From Raja brachyura (lineage: Eukaryota), in the NCBI GenBank assembly GCA_963514005.1, contig OY740804.1:23436001-23500000 (forward strand): a DNA stretch of 64,000 bases, given 5' to 3'. The notes beneath the pieces are model-generated. The model made no database searches and was not told the origin of the DNA. It was given only the letters and a program-made list of their open reading frames with translations. The position numbers were made by a program, and so were the translations under genes. Numbering within the stretch: position 1 is the first letter of the stretch; each line of letters begins with the position of its first letter. This document shows, one piece after another, positions 51,417 to 64,000 of the stretch.

Positions 51417-52939
51417 CTTATGAAACAAAAGAAGCAATAATAAGGTAACATCTCATTAACTTTAATAAAGGGAAGGATAACATCTTGTTCACTTTTCCCA
51501 AAACAATACAATCAATTATAGAGTCTCACCCTTTACAGCCATTTAATAATGAAATTCTTTATGGTCTACTTGTGAATTTCTTTTTAAACTTGATCAGATG
51601 AAGTTAAATTTATTGTGTAGAAAGGAACTGCAGATGCTGGTTTATACCGAAGATAGACACAAAGTGCTGGAGCAACTCAGCGGCTCAGGTGGCACCTCTG
51701 GAGAAAAAGGATGGGTGATGTTTCAGGCGGGACCCTTCTTCAGACTGAAATTCATTACCAGGTGAAGGGCCTTAAAAATGAATAGACCCAAAGTTCCATA
51801 CATTCAATAATATTAGTTACATCATTGGCACAGATTATAATGAATGAACAGAATAACATTTACATGTGATCGTGGCAAAGAAGAGGATTTTACATAGGCA
51901 CATGGATTTGCATGGAGTGAAGGGATGGTTACAGTGGTACACGTACAGGCAGATGAGATTAGTTTATCTTGGCATGGAGATGGTAGGCCAAAGGGTCTAT
52001 TCCTGTGCGGTGCTGATCTATGTTCTCTAACACTGAGATTACTATTTTTTCGCTTGATGGCTACTTCAGATGGAACAAAGTTGAGTATCTATCTCCAATC
52101 ACTAGCAGCGCCAATAGTTCTGGAACTGCACACCTAGACTCAGAGCTGCCTAAGCACAGAATCCAAATGTGTCCACACTACCTTTTTTTGTTAAAACACA
52201 GAAAACCTGCAAACTCCTTCATTTTATCAAAGGAACATCTATAAAGTGTAATTAAAATCGTTTTCTAAATAGGAGTTAGAAATCTAGTTTTGGGCTATAT
52301 CTCCGCCCCATTGGTTGCCTTTAATAATTTGAAATCCTAAGTAACTGCAAACATTGTGAACTCGAAGGTAAACAGCACTGGTTTGTGCAGGACTAAAGTA
52401 GAAAATGCTGTTAACACTCAGCAAGTCAGGCAACATCTGTGAGGAGAAACAGAGTTGGTGTTTTGGGTCAAAGACTGACCATCATGAATGGAAAAGTGAG
52501 GAAATAACCATGTTTAACTTGTAGGGGAGAGATATTTTTCACTTTTACGTCCACTTGTCAGTTGTTAATAGTAACCGTTACCATGACAACTTAGGTCTGA
52601 ACCCTATCACAGACATTCCGAACTCTGCATCATTTCACACCTCGCTTTCTCACCTCTACATTTTGGATAAAGTATCGGTGACCACATATGACTCGTGCCA
52701 CCCCCCCTCCGGCCATGGACTTATTCAGTGCTTTAGCACTTCAGCACTTTTCTGATTTGCATTTAACATATTGTAAAGGGACTCACCTTGTTCCTTGCAA
52801 TGATCAGCTGATAAATTAAATCAATTAAGCATTTTTGTTGATTTTGATTCTGGCATGTTTCTTCCACATTCCCTTGATGTAATTCTTTGCTACCCGTTCT
52901 TTCCTTTCTATTTTCCCAACTTACCAGTATTTGCTTTAA

Positions 52940-53391
52940 GGGGCTGTCTAATTGGTGAGTTTAGAAGAGTTTGAAAAAAATGACATGTTGAAGATCTCCT
53001 TCGACTATGTTGAAGACCAGCTTTGACTAGCTACGACTGACTTCGGGAAAATTGGACACCGAGAGTGAAGACTACCTCCTTCGACTATGATGAAGACTAT
53101 CTACAACTATCTTCGACTACCCTCGATTACCTACAACTAACATGCCGACCAACTACGACTAAAAAAAGTATTGATTTTTTCCATGGCAACCTTTTTTTAC
53201 TCGCGGGGATTTTTTAACATATTGAAAAAAACGCCGCGACCTAGCTGAGGCCTCGAGTACACGGAGAACGCTCTCAAGCAAGGAGAGTTACAAAGACCTC
53301 CTACGACCTAATGTCGACCATGCTGCGAGTATGAGTCGAGGGCAAACTCGCCAGAACCCGCGGATTAGGTTGCCCAAGTGGGACAGGCCCT
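52940..53391. mobile_element. PIF/Harbinger-like MITE (related termini)
   Basis: taa|GGGGCTGTCTAATTGG ... CCAAGTGGGACAGGCCCT|tta; internal CTTCGACTA/CTACGACT micro-repeats; lone related terminus at ~15668. Confidence 0.65.
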
Positions 53392-54435
53392 TTAGATTCT
53401 GGGCATTATGCTTATGTTAATTTTCTACAGACAAGTTTAGTTTAGTTGAGAGATACAGCATGGAAACAGGGCTTTGCCTCACTGAGTCCACACCTACCAC
53501 TGATCACCCGTAAACTAGTACTACGTTATCCCACTTTCTCATCCTACACACTACGGGTATTTTACAAATGCCAATTACCCTACAAAGCTGCATGGGTTTG
53601 GATTGTGGCAGGAAAGTGGAGCACCAGGAGAAAACCTGCGCAGTCACAGGGAGATCGTACAATCTCCGCACAGATTAGCACCCTTAAGCAGGATTGAATC
53701 CACATCTCTGGCGCTGTGAGGCAACAGTTCTATCGCTTTGCTGCCCCCAGACTGCCCCTATACAAATAACTTGATCAGAAAAACTTACAATGGTCCTGTT
53801 ACAACATTCTCAGGGATATCAGTTCAACCACAACGCATAGTGCCAGAGGTCAATATTGAAAAGGAGATGTTGAGGCACCTTACTTCATTTGTTATTTGAG
53901 CACAATCTAAGTTTATTTAATTCAAAATTATTGAGCAGAATTTAAATATACAAAATGCAAATGAATTGCTCTTATTTGGAAGTTATTCAATGTATTTAGA
54001 GTCATAGTGTCAGATGTGGAAACATGCCCTACGCCCTAATCTGCCCCATCTACACTAATCCCACCTGCCTGCGTTTGGCCCATATCCCTCTAAACCTATC
54101 CTAACCATGTATATGTCTAAATGTTTCTTATATGGTGTAATCGTACCTGCCTTAACTACCTCTTCTGGCAGTTAGTTCCATACACCCACCACCCTTTGTG
54201 GGAAAAAGCTACCCCTCAGGTTCCTATTAAATCGTTTCCCCCTCACCTTAAACCTATGTCCACCGGTTCTCAGTTCCCCTACTCTGGCCAAGAGACTGTG
54301 CGTTTACCCAATCTATTCCTCTCTTGATTTTGCATACCTCTATGAGAACACCCATACCCTCCTGTGCTCCAAGGAATAGATATTCATTCACGTAATAAGA
54401 TTATGTGATCCACATACTAGCAGGCAAAGCCTTAC

Positions 54436-54564
54436 CTCTTTGAGGCTTACAGGTTGTGCAAATATATTTGCTTGATCTCTTTCTTGAAGTTGATCCAAAA
54501 TTTGTCTTAAGAAGACAATAAATGGTGTAAGTTGTAATTCCAACGCAACTTGCTGAACTTTGAC
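54436..54564 (-). CDS. BRPF3: BRPF3 coding exon (start of bromodomain)
   Basis: ccacag|GTC...GAG|gtaagg; 129 bp; [43 protein letters not shown]. Confidence 0.95.
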
Positions 54565-55179
54565 CTGTGGAATGTCAACCAATAAGTTAATCCACTCTAT
54601 GCCAAAATGAAGAAAGAAGAATTGGCACAAGTTTTTTTATAACGTCAGAATATGGTGTGTTCTCACATGTATAGAAGAAAACTGCATTTCAAAGGCAGTT
54701 ATTCTGAACAAATCGATGTTATATGGAGTCTGGATTCCATCATTCTCGTGGTTCAGAAGCACTTGACTAAAAAATAATCTGCATAGCAACTAAAGCCAAC
54801 TCTTTGCGTATCTTAACAAAAACATACTTTCTGTATCAGAAAGTTACTAATAATGTGGTACACAAACAAATGGCTCACCGAGGCAGGAAGGTGTGGAACA
54901 AAAGGCAAACTTCAGAAGTGCGTTAAAAATTGCTAAGTCAGCAACGGCAAAAGTTGACTGCAAACTAAATTGTGCTGACACGGCAAATGATCGCCAGCTA
55001 GTTATCGTTTGGTTCAAATTGAGGGGAGAAATTTCCATGTGAGCGATTTAGAGCTGAGGACAAAAGAGAACATGGAAAGGAATTGGAAAATTCGGAAATG
55101 AGCAACTAAAAAAAAAGGAATCTGGACAAGTTGGTGTTTGGTAACTGTGATTTAATAGATTGCAGATGGTATCACCCTA

Positions 55180-57080
55180 GTGGCCCGGATCTCCAATAAT
55201 GACGTAAAGGAAGGAGATAGGAAGCTTAGTTGTGTGGTGTCAAAGGCAATAACTTCTCCCTTAATGTCCGCAAACGGAAGGAACTGGTCACAGACTTCAG
55301 GAACAAAAGTAGAGTACATGCTCCAGTCTTTAACAATGGTGCTGATGTGGAGATGGTTAAGAGTTTCTAGTTCCTCGGTGCAAATATTACAGGTCTACCA
55401 CCGATTTTCCGGCACCCTTGGTTCCAGAGCCTTGCTGGATTATCCGTTTTGCCGGACCAACAGAGGTCACTGTCTTGGGGGAACCGAGATACCGGCCCAC
55501 AAAGTCAGCTGCGGAAGTCAGCTATGGGAACGGATCTGCGGCTCCAGCCAGGCCGGAGTTCCAGGGCCCCAGCCTCTGGGGGCAAATTCAACCCACTGAT
55601 CTGTGAGAAAGCCTCTATGAGGTTGAGATTAGCTGCCTCACCCGGCCTAGGGGGCACATTTTTAGGGGTCTTCTTGGGGGAACAAAATTTGTCTAGATTA
55701 AAGAGGGGGGCCGGGCCACCAGTTGCCATAAAATCAGCGGTGGACTTCTACCGGCAATTTGTCCTGTTCCAACCACATTAACGCTGTGATCAAGAAAGCT
55801 TGCTCACACTACCTCCACAGAGAGCTAAGGAAATTTAGCACGTCTCCAATGACTCTTAACAATTTCTACTATGCCTTATAGAAAGCATCCTTTTGGGATG
55901 CATCAGAGCTTGGTTTGGCAACAGCTCTAGCCAAGACCGAAAGAGATTGCGGTTGTGAACTCTCCTTAATAAGCGAGTTCAGTATTCCGAAAAACACAAG
56001 GAATCATGGGATTTGTCAAAGGTCACTCGCTATAAAGAAAAAGCAAACAAAGCACTGGCTGTATAAACTGTGTATAAATTCTTATCTTTATTCATGATTT
56101 CTGTGTAAAAAAATATTTAATCTGAGGAACAGGGGTGCCAGGTAGCGGGGTATAACAGCGAGATAGAGAAGGCAGATGTGAGTGGGAGATGGGGGGAAGG
56201 GGAGACATTCTCGGCAGCTGCACACACACAGACCCGTGCCTCATCCGCAGCCAGGATCGAACGCAGCCAGAAACTGCCACTTGACCCCCCCCCCCCCAGT
56301 TGTCCTTTCCCCTCCAGCGGTTGGCCGGAGACGTCCGGTCCGATAGGACACCGGCCCCGAGCAGCGGCCCCCAAGCGCCAACCCGAGCTCAACACCACCT
56401 GCCCCACCGGGCCAACCGATAGCTGGAGCCAGCGCCTCTCCCCCCCCACCCGCGCCGGCTACAAGTCTGGGGCCGCCACCGCTCCAGGCCTGCGCCCCGG
56501 CTGTACAGGCAGAGCCGAGCTGGACCTAGTGCTTCCACCCCACGCCGGCTGCAAGTCCAGGGCTGCCACCCCGGACAGGGATGGGACACCCGGGAGAGGA
56601 CGACCCAGCAGCAACTCAACAGCATCCGCAGCGCCGGAGACCCGGGCCCGACCACGGATGAAATGCAGGCCTGCACACAATGCAGCACCACAGCTGCCGA
56701 GATTGTTTGTAGTGAGTGACCTTTGACCTGGGCCTGCGCAGTCAGAATACCAAACTCACTTATTGACTCCATCTGCATTTCACGCTGTCTCCCCTCTCCC
56801 ATCGGACAGAAGATATAAAAGGTTGAGAACGCCTTCCACCAGATTGATGAACAGCTTCTTTCATGCTGTTATCAGACCCTTAAATGCTTAGGATAAACCT
56901 CTGATCTCATTATGCCCTTGAACATTGTTTTATGTGTTCTTCCTCTGCAGCTGTAACACTACATTCTTGTTTTTATTTCTCATTTGCACGACCTTGATGT
57001 ACGGGGTGTTATTTGCCTGGATAGCACGCAAACAAAGCTTTTCACCATCTCGGTACACGAGGCAATAATAGTAAATCAAA
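55180..57080 (+). mobile_element. Rex1/Babar-like LINE remnant interrupted by two nested insertions
   Basis: Decayed FLG.NI..NLS, LRKFS..P.TL.NFY and IESIL.GCI.AWFGNSS motifs; other family pieces at ~6990-7410, 24020-24420, 25375-26000 and 63570-63915. Confidence 0.65.
55390..55748. mobile_element. TA-flanked Tc1/pogo-like MITE (related copies ~31200-31428 and ~57597-57817)
   Basis: ta|CAGGTCTACCACCGATTTTCCGGCACC ... GTTGCCATAAAATCAGCGGTGGACTTC|ta; interrupts a Rex1-like LINE remnant. Confidence 0.7.
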
Positions 57081-57281
57081 CCAACTAACAAACTTGGAAA
57101 TATGAAATTTAAGTCCCTCGGCAAAAATGGTGACATCCATTGCGAACAGCTGGGACCCAAGAACCAATCCCATAATTATAGTTGTAAATAAAGTCACAGT
57201 GAAAACCTATCCACCACATTAATTAGCTGTTATGCTCACTAGTTATTTTCAGTGTCCCAGTATCAACAATAAATCAATCAC

Positions 57282-57413
57282 CTCTTCTCTCTTGAGCTTC
57301 TCTCTTTTGCGAATCAGTTCGACAAGCAGACGAGCCCTTTCCAAATCATGTCGCAGTTTTTGCCAGTATTTCAATTGCTCTTTTACCGCACTGGTTTTTT
57401 CATCCTGTTCTTT
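57282..57413 (-). CDS. BRPF3: BRPF3 coding exon
   Basis: ttcgcag|AAA...GAG|gtgatt; 132 bp, phase 0; [44 protein letters not shown]. Confidence 0.95.
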
Positions 57414-58106
57414 CTGCGAAGTGAACAAAATACATGTGCACATTCGTAAAGCCAACAATTGATCATCACTATTCTGACATGCAAATGGTTGAATGGCAGG
57501 TCACTGCTGGAAACTGAGGGAATCTGCAAAGCAGAAACCACCAAATGTTAATCACAAATACAAGTGTATTCAATATTGTGTTAAAATTGCATATATAAGT
57601 TCACCACCAATTTTCTGCCACCCTTGGTTATCTGTTTTGCAGGACCAGCCGCAGGTGGCATATTTGACCCGCCAATCGGCACAGAAGTCCCAATGAGGTT
57701 GAGATCAGCTGCCTCACCCGGCCGAGGCACCACATTTTCAGGGGACTTCCGGATGTGGATTTTGGCCGGGTTAAAGGGGAGGCCAGACCAACAGTTGCTA
57801 GAAAATCTAGTGGACCATCATATGTATGTAAATATGTATGTATGTATATGTGTGTGTATATGTTGTGTGTTTCACAACATATTCTTCAGAATATATATAT
57901 ATTCCGAAGAATGTTGTAAAACCATCAAAACAATGCAAAATAATAAAATATGAGCATTTTGTTCAGAAGTTGACAGTTTACATTAATAACTTTAACTTTA
58001 TAAAGCAACATTAATATTTTTTTTTAAACCAAGGAAACCTTGGAATATTCTTGTTATATGCAGACGGTAAAAGTAAAATATAGATAGACGCAAGGAATGT
58101 ACATTA

Positions 58107-58108
<2 letters not shown>

Positions 58109-58174
<66 letters not shown>
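58109..58174. repeat. (GT)n microsatellite in a BRPF3 intron
   Basis: Seen directly. Confidence 0.95.
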
Positions 58175-58176
<2 letters not shown>

Positions 58177-58309
58177 TTTCTTTTTAAATAGTGTGTGTGT
58201 AATGTTATATGCACTTATTTCTAAGGTAGAGTTTCTCAGCATTTTTTCAAAAAGCTTCCAATATATGCAAAAGTTGTTACGTCCATAAGTGAGTTGAAGA
58301 ATGCTTTAC

Positions 58310-58466
58310 CTGTTCTGCATTTCTTTGAGTTTGTAAATGTGAATGCAATCGCCGAAGTAAAGGCACACCGTTCCGTGACTGCCTTTTCAACATCCAGTAA
58401 TTATGCAGCCTTTGCATGAATTGGGTTTTCCTCTGGATAGATAACCGGCTGCACAGTTTATTTAAC
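58310..58466 (-). CDS. BRPF3: BRPF3 coding exon (first in window; post-PZP/EPC-II region)
   Basis: ttttag|G...CAG|gtaaag; 157 bp; translates (R)[52 protein letters not shown], recognisable BRPF3 sequence. Not in the ORF track. Confidence 0.93.
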
Positions 58467-61400
58467 CTAAAAGCAGGAATTCTCAGAATTACAAATTGGA
58501 GTCTAAAAATGTTATAATCATTTTACTATTACTTTATTTGACAACATACTTTGTCTGTGTTCATAAATTCTAGGAGCAGAATTAGGCCACTCAGTTTATG
58601 AAGTTTATTCCACCATTCAATCATGTCTGTGTGTAGAATTTGCACGTTCTCTCTGTGCCCGCGTGAGTTTCTTCCGGGTGCTCCAGTTTCCTCCCACATC
58701 CCGAACACATGTGGGTTTGTGGGTTAACTAGTCCACTGTAAACTTTCCGAGTGTGTAGGAAGTGGATAAGAAAGTGAGATAACATAGAACTAGTGTGATG
58801 GGTGATAGATGGTTTGTGTGGACTCGGTGGGATGAAGGGCCTGCTTCCATGCTGTATCTCTAAAGCAAAAACTATGATGCAATCACGGGAGTAGTGTTAG
58901 AATAAACTATATACACAGCATAGTCCGTCAGAGAAAGTGGGATTAAATAGAATCAGTGTGAACGGGTCATCGGTGGTCAGCGTGGACTCGTCAGGGCCTG
59001 TTTCCATGCTGCATCTTTCAATTCAGTTCAATTCAAAATTGACTTCCTTGATAATCAATAGCAGCCGGATAATGAAGATTATATGTTATGTTTTTCTCTC
59101 TCAATCAGATGAAACTGCTGCACAGAGCTCTGCAGGAATTACTGATCTTGCACGTTTATAAAAATTTGGTCTTGCCAAATTCCACCAGCAGAGAGAAGAC
59201 TACAACTGATTTGGCAGACTTTTTGCTGCGAATGCCAATGCTGACTATTTAACTTGGCCAATTATATTTCAATAATGAAACATTTGGAATCGTTCTAGTT
59301 GAACTCAGTGCCTTGGCAATTGAGTTTGAGTGAAAAAAGATTCATTTGATGCACAACTTGCTGTACACATATTACATACAGCACACAAAATATAAGTAAA
59401 GGAAAGCATCTCTGGAAAACATGGATAGGTGACGCTTCGGGTCAGGACCCTTTTTTAGAATATGATGCAAGAGACGCACACTTGCACAAACTGCAATCAA
59501 ATGATTACTGTGCAGAAAATTCAAGGAAAGACCATTTCAAATATCCAAATCTCAAGGGATTTCTGACAGTAAATAATAAGCAACAAGTAAAGCACTGAAT
59601 TGATGATATACACAGCTGATCAAATGGAGCATCTTTCAAAATAGCTTATATTTTGATTACTTAATTTTAATTTCATGTTTCATGTATTTCTTATGACTTG
59701 GCAGATCAATTTCCCTCCTGGGATTAATAAAGTTCTATCGTATCGTATGCCTTTAAAGATTAGTTCAATTCACATTAGTGATAGATTGAAACAGAGTATC
59801 AAAATAATTAACCCATTCTTTACATTATTCTAATAATTAAGAATTTCTGGACATCAAAATATTCTGTCAATAAAAATGCAATGAGTTCATATAAATTTGA
59901 AAATGCATGTGAATTGCAGGAACAATTGAAAGTACACCGATTTTCATAAAGATGGTTAAAAGGAAAGACTGAAGTCCATCCAGCAAATATAAACAATGTT
60001 GGGTCCACCATATTATAAAATACATATTTTTGCTGACACAAGGAACTACAGTTGACACAAGGAAGCTGGTTTACAAAAAAAAAAGGCTGGAGTAACTCAG
60101 CAGGTCAGGCAACATCTCTGGAGGACATGGATTAGGGATAGTTAATGTTTCAGGTCAGGACCCTTCTTCAGACTAATTGTAGTTTGGGGGGGGGGGGGGA
60201 GAGAAAGTTAGAAAAGAGGTGGGGGCAGGACAAAGCCTGGCAAGATGGATATAGGTGAGAGGGGTTGGACAAAGATCAGAGATAAATAAGGAGAGATGAG
60301 AAAAGATGAGAAGAGGATTGAATTGTAAAGCTGGAGGCAGGGACATAGGTGGAAGGGGATGTACGTGTTAATTAATACAAAGAAAAACATTCATCGGGCA
60401 CCAAGACACATATTCCAATAATGGTACAAACATAATATTGAAAGTATTTCAGTGTCTTTTCTGTTGTGAAAGTATAAAAATATGAAATTATGAAGAGAAC
60501 AGTTGTGCTACGACCTTAAGATGAACATGCATAATGAGAACGTTAAAAATATTGACATATTAATATTCACGGATTTTAATATGACATATTAATATTGACA
60601 TTTGCCATGTTGAAATAAAATTATTTGCTGGACCCCCAATTGTTTTACTTGCATTTGACAAAAGAATTACTATGAGGACCAGAATAGATTTGTTGTGGGG
60701 GGGGCAAGGTTCACACATGCAAGTCAACCAAGCAGAGTTAATAGTAGCTACGGTTAATAGTCATGGTTAGGCATTATAATTAATAGTGTTGCCAATGTGG
60801 CTGCAACTAGCAGTTCTTCTCACAGTTCAGTAAGGCAGGAATGTTGACCATCACAATGCAAGCAAAAATAACCAGCCTACAACTCCAAGCAAACAGTGGT
60901 CATGTAATAGATTCTTCTAGCAATATCTCCAAAACATATTGTGCAGGATACATCCACAGTGTACCAAATGTTTGCTGTTTAAATAACTTCTTTATACCCT
61001 GGAATTTAATTCTGCTAAATGCAAGGTATCACATTTTTGTCAGACACACCAGGGTTTCCACAGGAAATGGCAGGGTGCTGGTAAGTGTTGTAGAACAGAG
61101 AGACCAAAGGGTACAAGTACAAAGTTCCATAAATGTGGACACCACAGGGTGGTGAAAAGAACTGCAGATGCTGGTTTACAAAAAAAAGACAACATGCTGG
61201 AGTAACTGTGACCACTTGAGTTTTCTCTGGGCATTCCGGTTTCCTCCCACATCCCAGAGACGTGCAGGTTTGTAGGTTAATTGGCTCCCGTAAATTGTCC
61301 TTAGTGTGTTGGATAGTGCTGGTGTTCGGGTGATTGCAATTCACACCACACTCAGTGGGCTGAAGGTTCCGTTTCCATGCTGCATCTCTATTCAGAGCTC

Positions 61401-62390
61401 CTACCTGGCCTCACCAACCTTTATTTCATTTCATCATAGCGTCTATAAGGTCAGCTGTTAAATATGCACATTCCCATGACCATCAAAGTTATCAACTGCC
61501 CTTGATTCATTTCCTGATGCCAATTTAATCAAAGGGAAGTAATCAAATGAAATGGCTCAAAATACTTTTGGGGGAAATGTATCTATCATTTCTTTCCCTC
61601 TGTAATTTTTTTTTGAAATATCCAAATTTTCATGGGGGGCACTGTAGCTGAGCAGTAGATTTGCTGCCTTTCAGCGCCAGAGACCCGGGTCCAATCTTAC
61701 CTATGGGTGCTGTCTGTACGGAGTTTGTATGTTACCTGGGTTTCCCCAGGTACTCGGATTCCTCCCACACTCCAAAGACGTACAGGTTTGTAGGTTAACT
61801 AGCTTTGGTAAAGATTGCAAATTGTCCCTAGGATAGTGCTAGTGTGCAGGGATCGCTGGTCAGCGCAGACTCGGTGGGCTGAAGGGCCTGTTTCAACACT
61901 ATATCTCAAAACTCAATTGAACTAGGGATGGAGAGAATCAAACAAATACACCATGTCGATTAATGGGTTGTATCATACATATACATCAATAATACATATT
62001 CTTTAATGGTATCAGCTATCTCAAAAGCTTGATGGGATGAAGAAGATACAAATTACACTTTTATTTCCACGTGGAAATTCAATTTTTAGTTTCCCAGCAC
62101 GTCGGGTCTTGCAGTACAGAAAAAGGTGACAATCACCCACTTTTTGTGAGGATTATTGCCCCTGCGCCCCACAGACTTATTCAAATTCCCTACATTTCAC
62201 GCTACACAATTCATTTTAAATATTTAACCATTTTTTAACATGTATTGGCTCTTTTTCCACAAGCTGTGTTGTTAGTATTGGTTTATTATTGCTGCGCGTA
62301 CCACGATACAGTGAAAATTGTTGTTTTGCTTGTTATCCAGGCAAATCATGCCGTACACAAGTGCAAAAGAGAAAATAAACAGAGTGCAGA

Positions 62391-63170
62391 CTATAGTGTT
62401 ACAGCTACAGAGCAGGCAGAGATTTTAAAAAAGCTGTGACGCATCAGTGTTGGATGCTTTCTATGGTGCATCTGTGGAAATTGGCAAGAGACGTTGGAGA
62501 CATTCCAAATTTCCTTAGCCTTCAGAAGAAGTTGCTGTGCCTTCCTGGCTACGGCTTTAATGTGAGTGGATAAGGACAAATCGTTGGTGCTATTCATGCC
62601 CAGAAATGTTAAATACTCGATCATTTCCACTGCATCCTGACCAGCTCCTTTATTTTGCTAACATTCAGGGAGAAGTTGTTGTCTTGACACCGTGCTAGAC
62701 CTTTCTATCTTCTTCCTGTATCATCATTGTTTGAGATGGTGTTCTCTGCAAACTTATAAATGGGGTGAGAATGCAGCCTTGTGGGGCACCAGTGTTGAGA
62801 ATTATCCGGGGAGAGTGTTTGGTTGACTGTCCTTGCTGATTAAATTTATGGGTCAGGAAGTTAAGAATCCAGTTGCAGAGGTGGATGTTGTAACTGAGGT
62901 TCAGGAGTTTAGGGATGAGTTGGGCTGGAATTACAGAGTTGAAGCCAAAGCTCTGGACAATATATAGGAGTCTTATACAGTTGGCTTTGTTATCCAGATG
63001 TTCCAGGGAAGAGGCTAGAGCTCTTGCTGTGGACCTGTCGTGGCAGTGGGTGAACTGCAATGGATCAAGGCCATCTGGGAGGCTGGAGGCGATGCTTGCC
63101 ATGACCAACCTCTCAAATTACTTCATGATGGTGAATGTCAGAGCTACCAGTCAATTGTCTATTCCCTAAA
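62391..63170 (-). mobile_element. Rex1/Babar-like LINE RT remnant
   Basis: LDPLQF...RST...LEHLD...FN...LCNWILNFLT...LNTGAPQGCIL. Confidence 0.8.
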
Positions 63171-64000
63171 CTGATGCTGCCGAGTTTCTCCAGCACTGTC
63201 TTTTGCTGTCCATCAAGCAGCCCATTTTAGCTTTCCTCCACGCCCATTAACTCCTCACTAATTCTCACCAACACACCAGGTAATGTCTAGATGGTCTAAA
63301 TGAAGACCAAAAGCAACTCAACCATTTTTTCTACAATTTTCTTTCCCAAGGCTTACAGAGCGTTCTCTTCTCAGTAACAGACCATCCTCTCCCAAAAGCC
63401 TTTCCCACTCTATTAAATGAACCCGAACCTCAGACTCACCTGGATTCTTACCCATTCTCCCTGCATGAGACTCCCATGACACAACCCAAGATCTGCCTTT
63501 ATCGATTTAATTCTCTTCACAAAAATGTCCAAATCATACTAGAAACTGCCCCCAAACTTCTGTAGCCCATTCCCTAAACAGTAGGTCATCAATTCTATTT
63601 CCTCGTCCACCCTCTCCCATCAGGCACGAGGTACAGGTGTGAAAACGCACACCTCCAGATTCAAGGACAGTTTCTTCCCAGCTGTTATAAGGCAACTTGA
63701 CTATCCAATCAATAAATACTATGTACCTCATTGGAGACTCTCGGTAAGCAGACTTTACTGGACTTTACCTTGCACTAAATGTTATTCTCTTTATCATGTA
63801 TCTGTATAATGTGGATGACTCTATTGTAATCATGTATAATCTTTCCGCTGACTGATTAACACACAACAAAAGCTTTTCATTGCACCTTGGTACACCTGAC
63901 AATGAACTAAACTATATACATGATTTGTTAGAATTGCAGATACTACTTGGCACTAGCTAGAATATACCTTTATACTTCTTTAGCAGATAAACATTATCGT

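Noticed and set aside
56117-56802. Several overlapping 110-182 aa ORFs
   Set aside because: Stop-poor GC-rich sequence that is open on both strands with no recognisable domain.
30897-58466. Assignment to BRPF1 or BRD1 (BRPF2)
   Set aside because: The peptides [41 protein letters not shown] and [14 protein letters not shown] match BRPF3 as I recall it. A reciprocal BLAST would confirm.

Overview
Eukaryotic, repeat-rich genomic DNA, most likely from an elasmobranch (skate, ray or shark). This is inferred from HE1-like V-SINEs, HER1/CR1-like LINEs and a vertebrate BRPF3 gene. The only host gene I can support is the 3' part of BRPF3 on the minus strand. It has 11 GT-AG coding exons from 58466 down to the stop at 30897, all phase-compatible, and encodes the post-PZP region, the bromodomain and the PWWP domain. 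The 5' exons lie beyond the window. Most of the rest is transposon debris: V-SINEs, CR1-like and Rex1/Babar-like LINE pieces, an IR/DR Tc1 element, Harbinger-like and pogo-like MITEs, two LTRs, and a DIRS1-type tyrosine-recombinase retroelement with intact termini but no RT. Two ribozyme-bearing retroelement families stand out. The first is a ~135-145 bp non-coding retroposon (3 copies, two with clear TSDs) whose first 54 nt fold as a minimal HDV/CPEB3-like self-cleaving ribozyme, followed by a structured body and a (GAA)n tail. The second is an abundant Penelope-derived repeat carrying minimal hammerhead motifs, including one perfect 97-bp-arm palindrome with a 15-bp TSD. All family assignments are by eye, without database searches.
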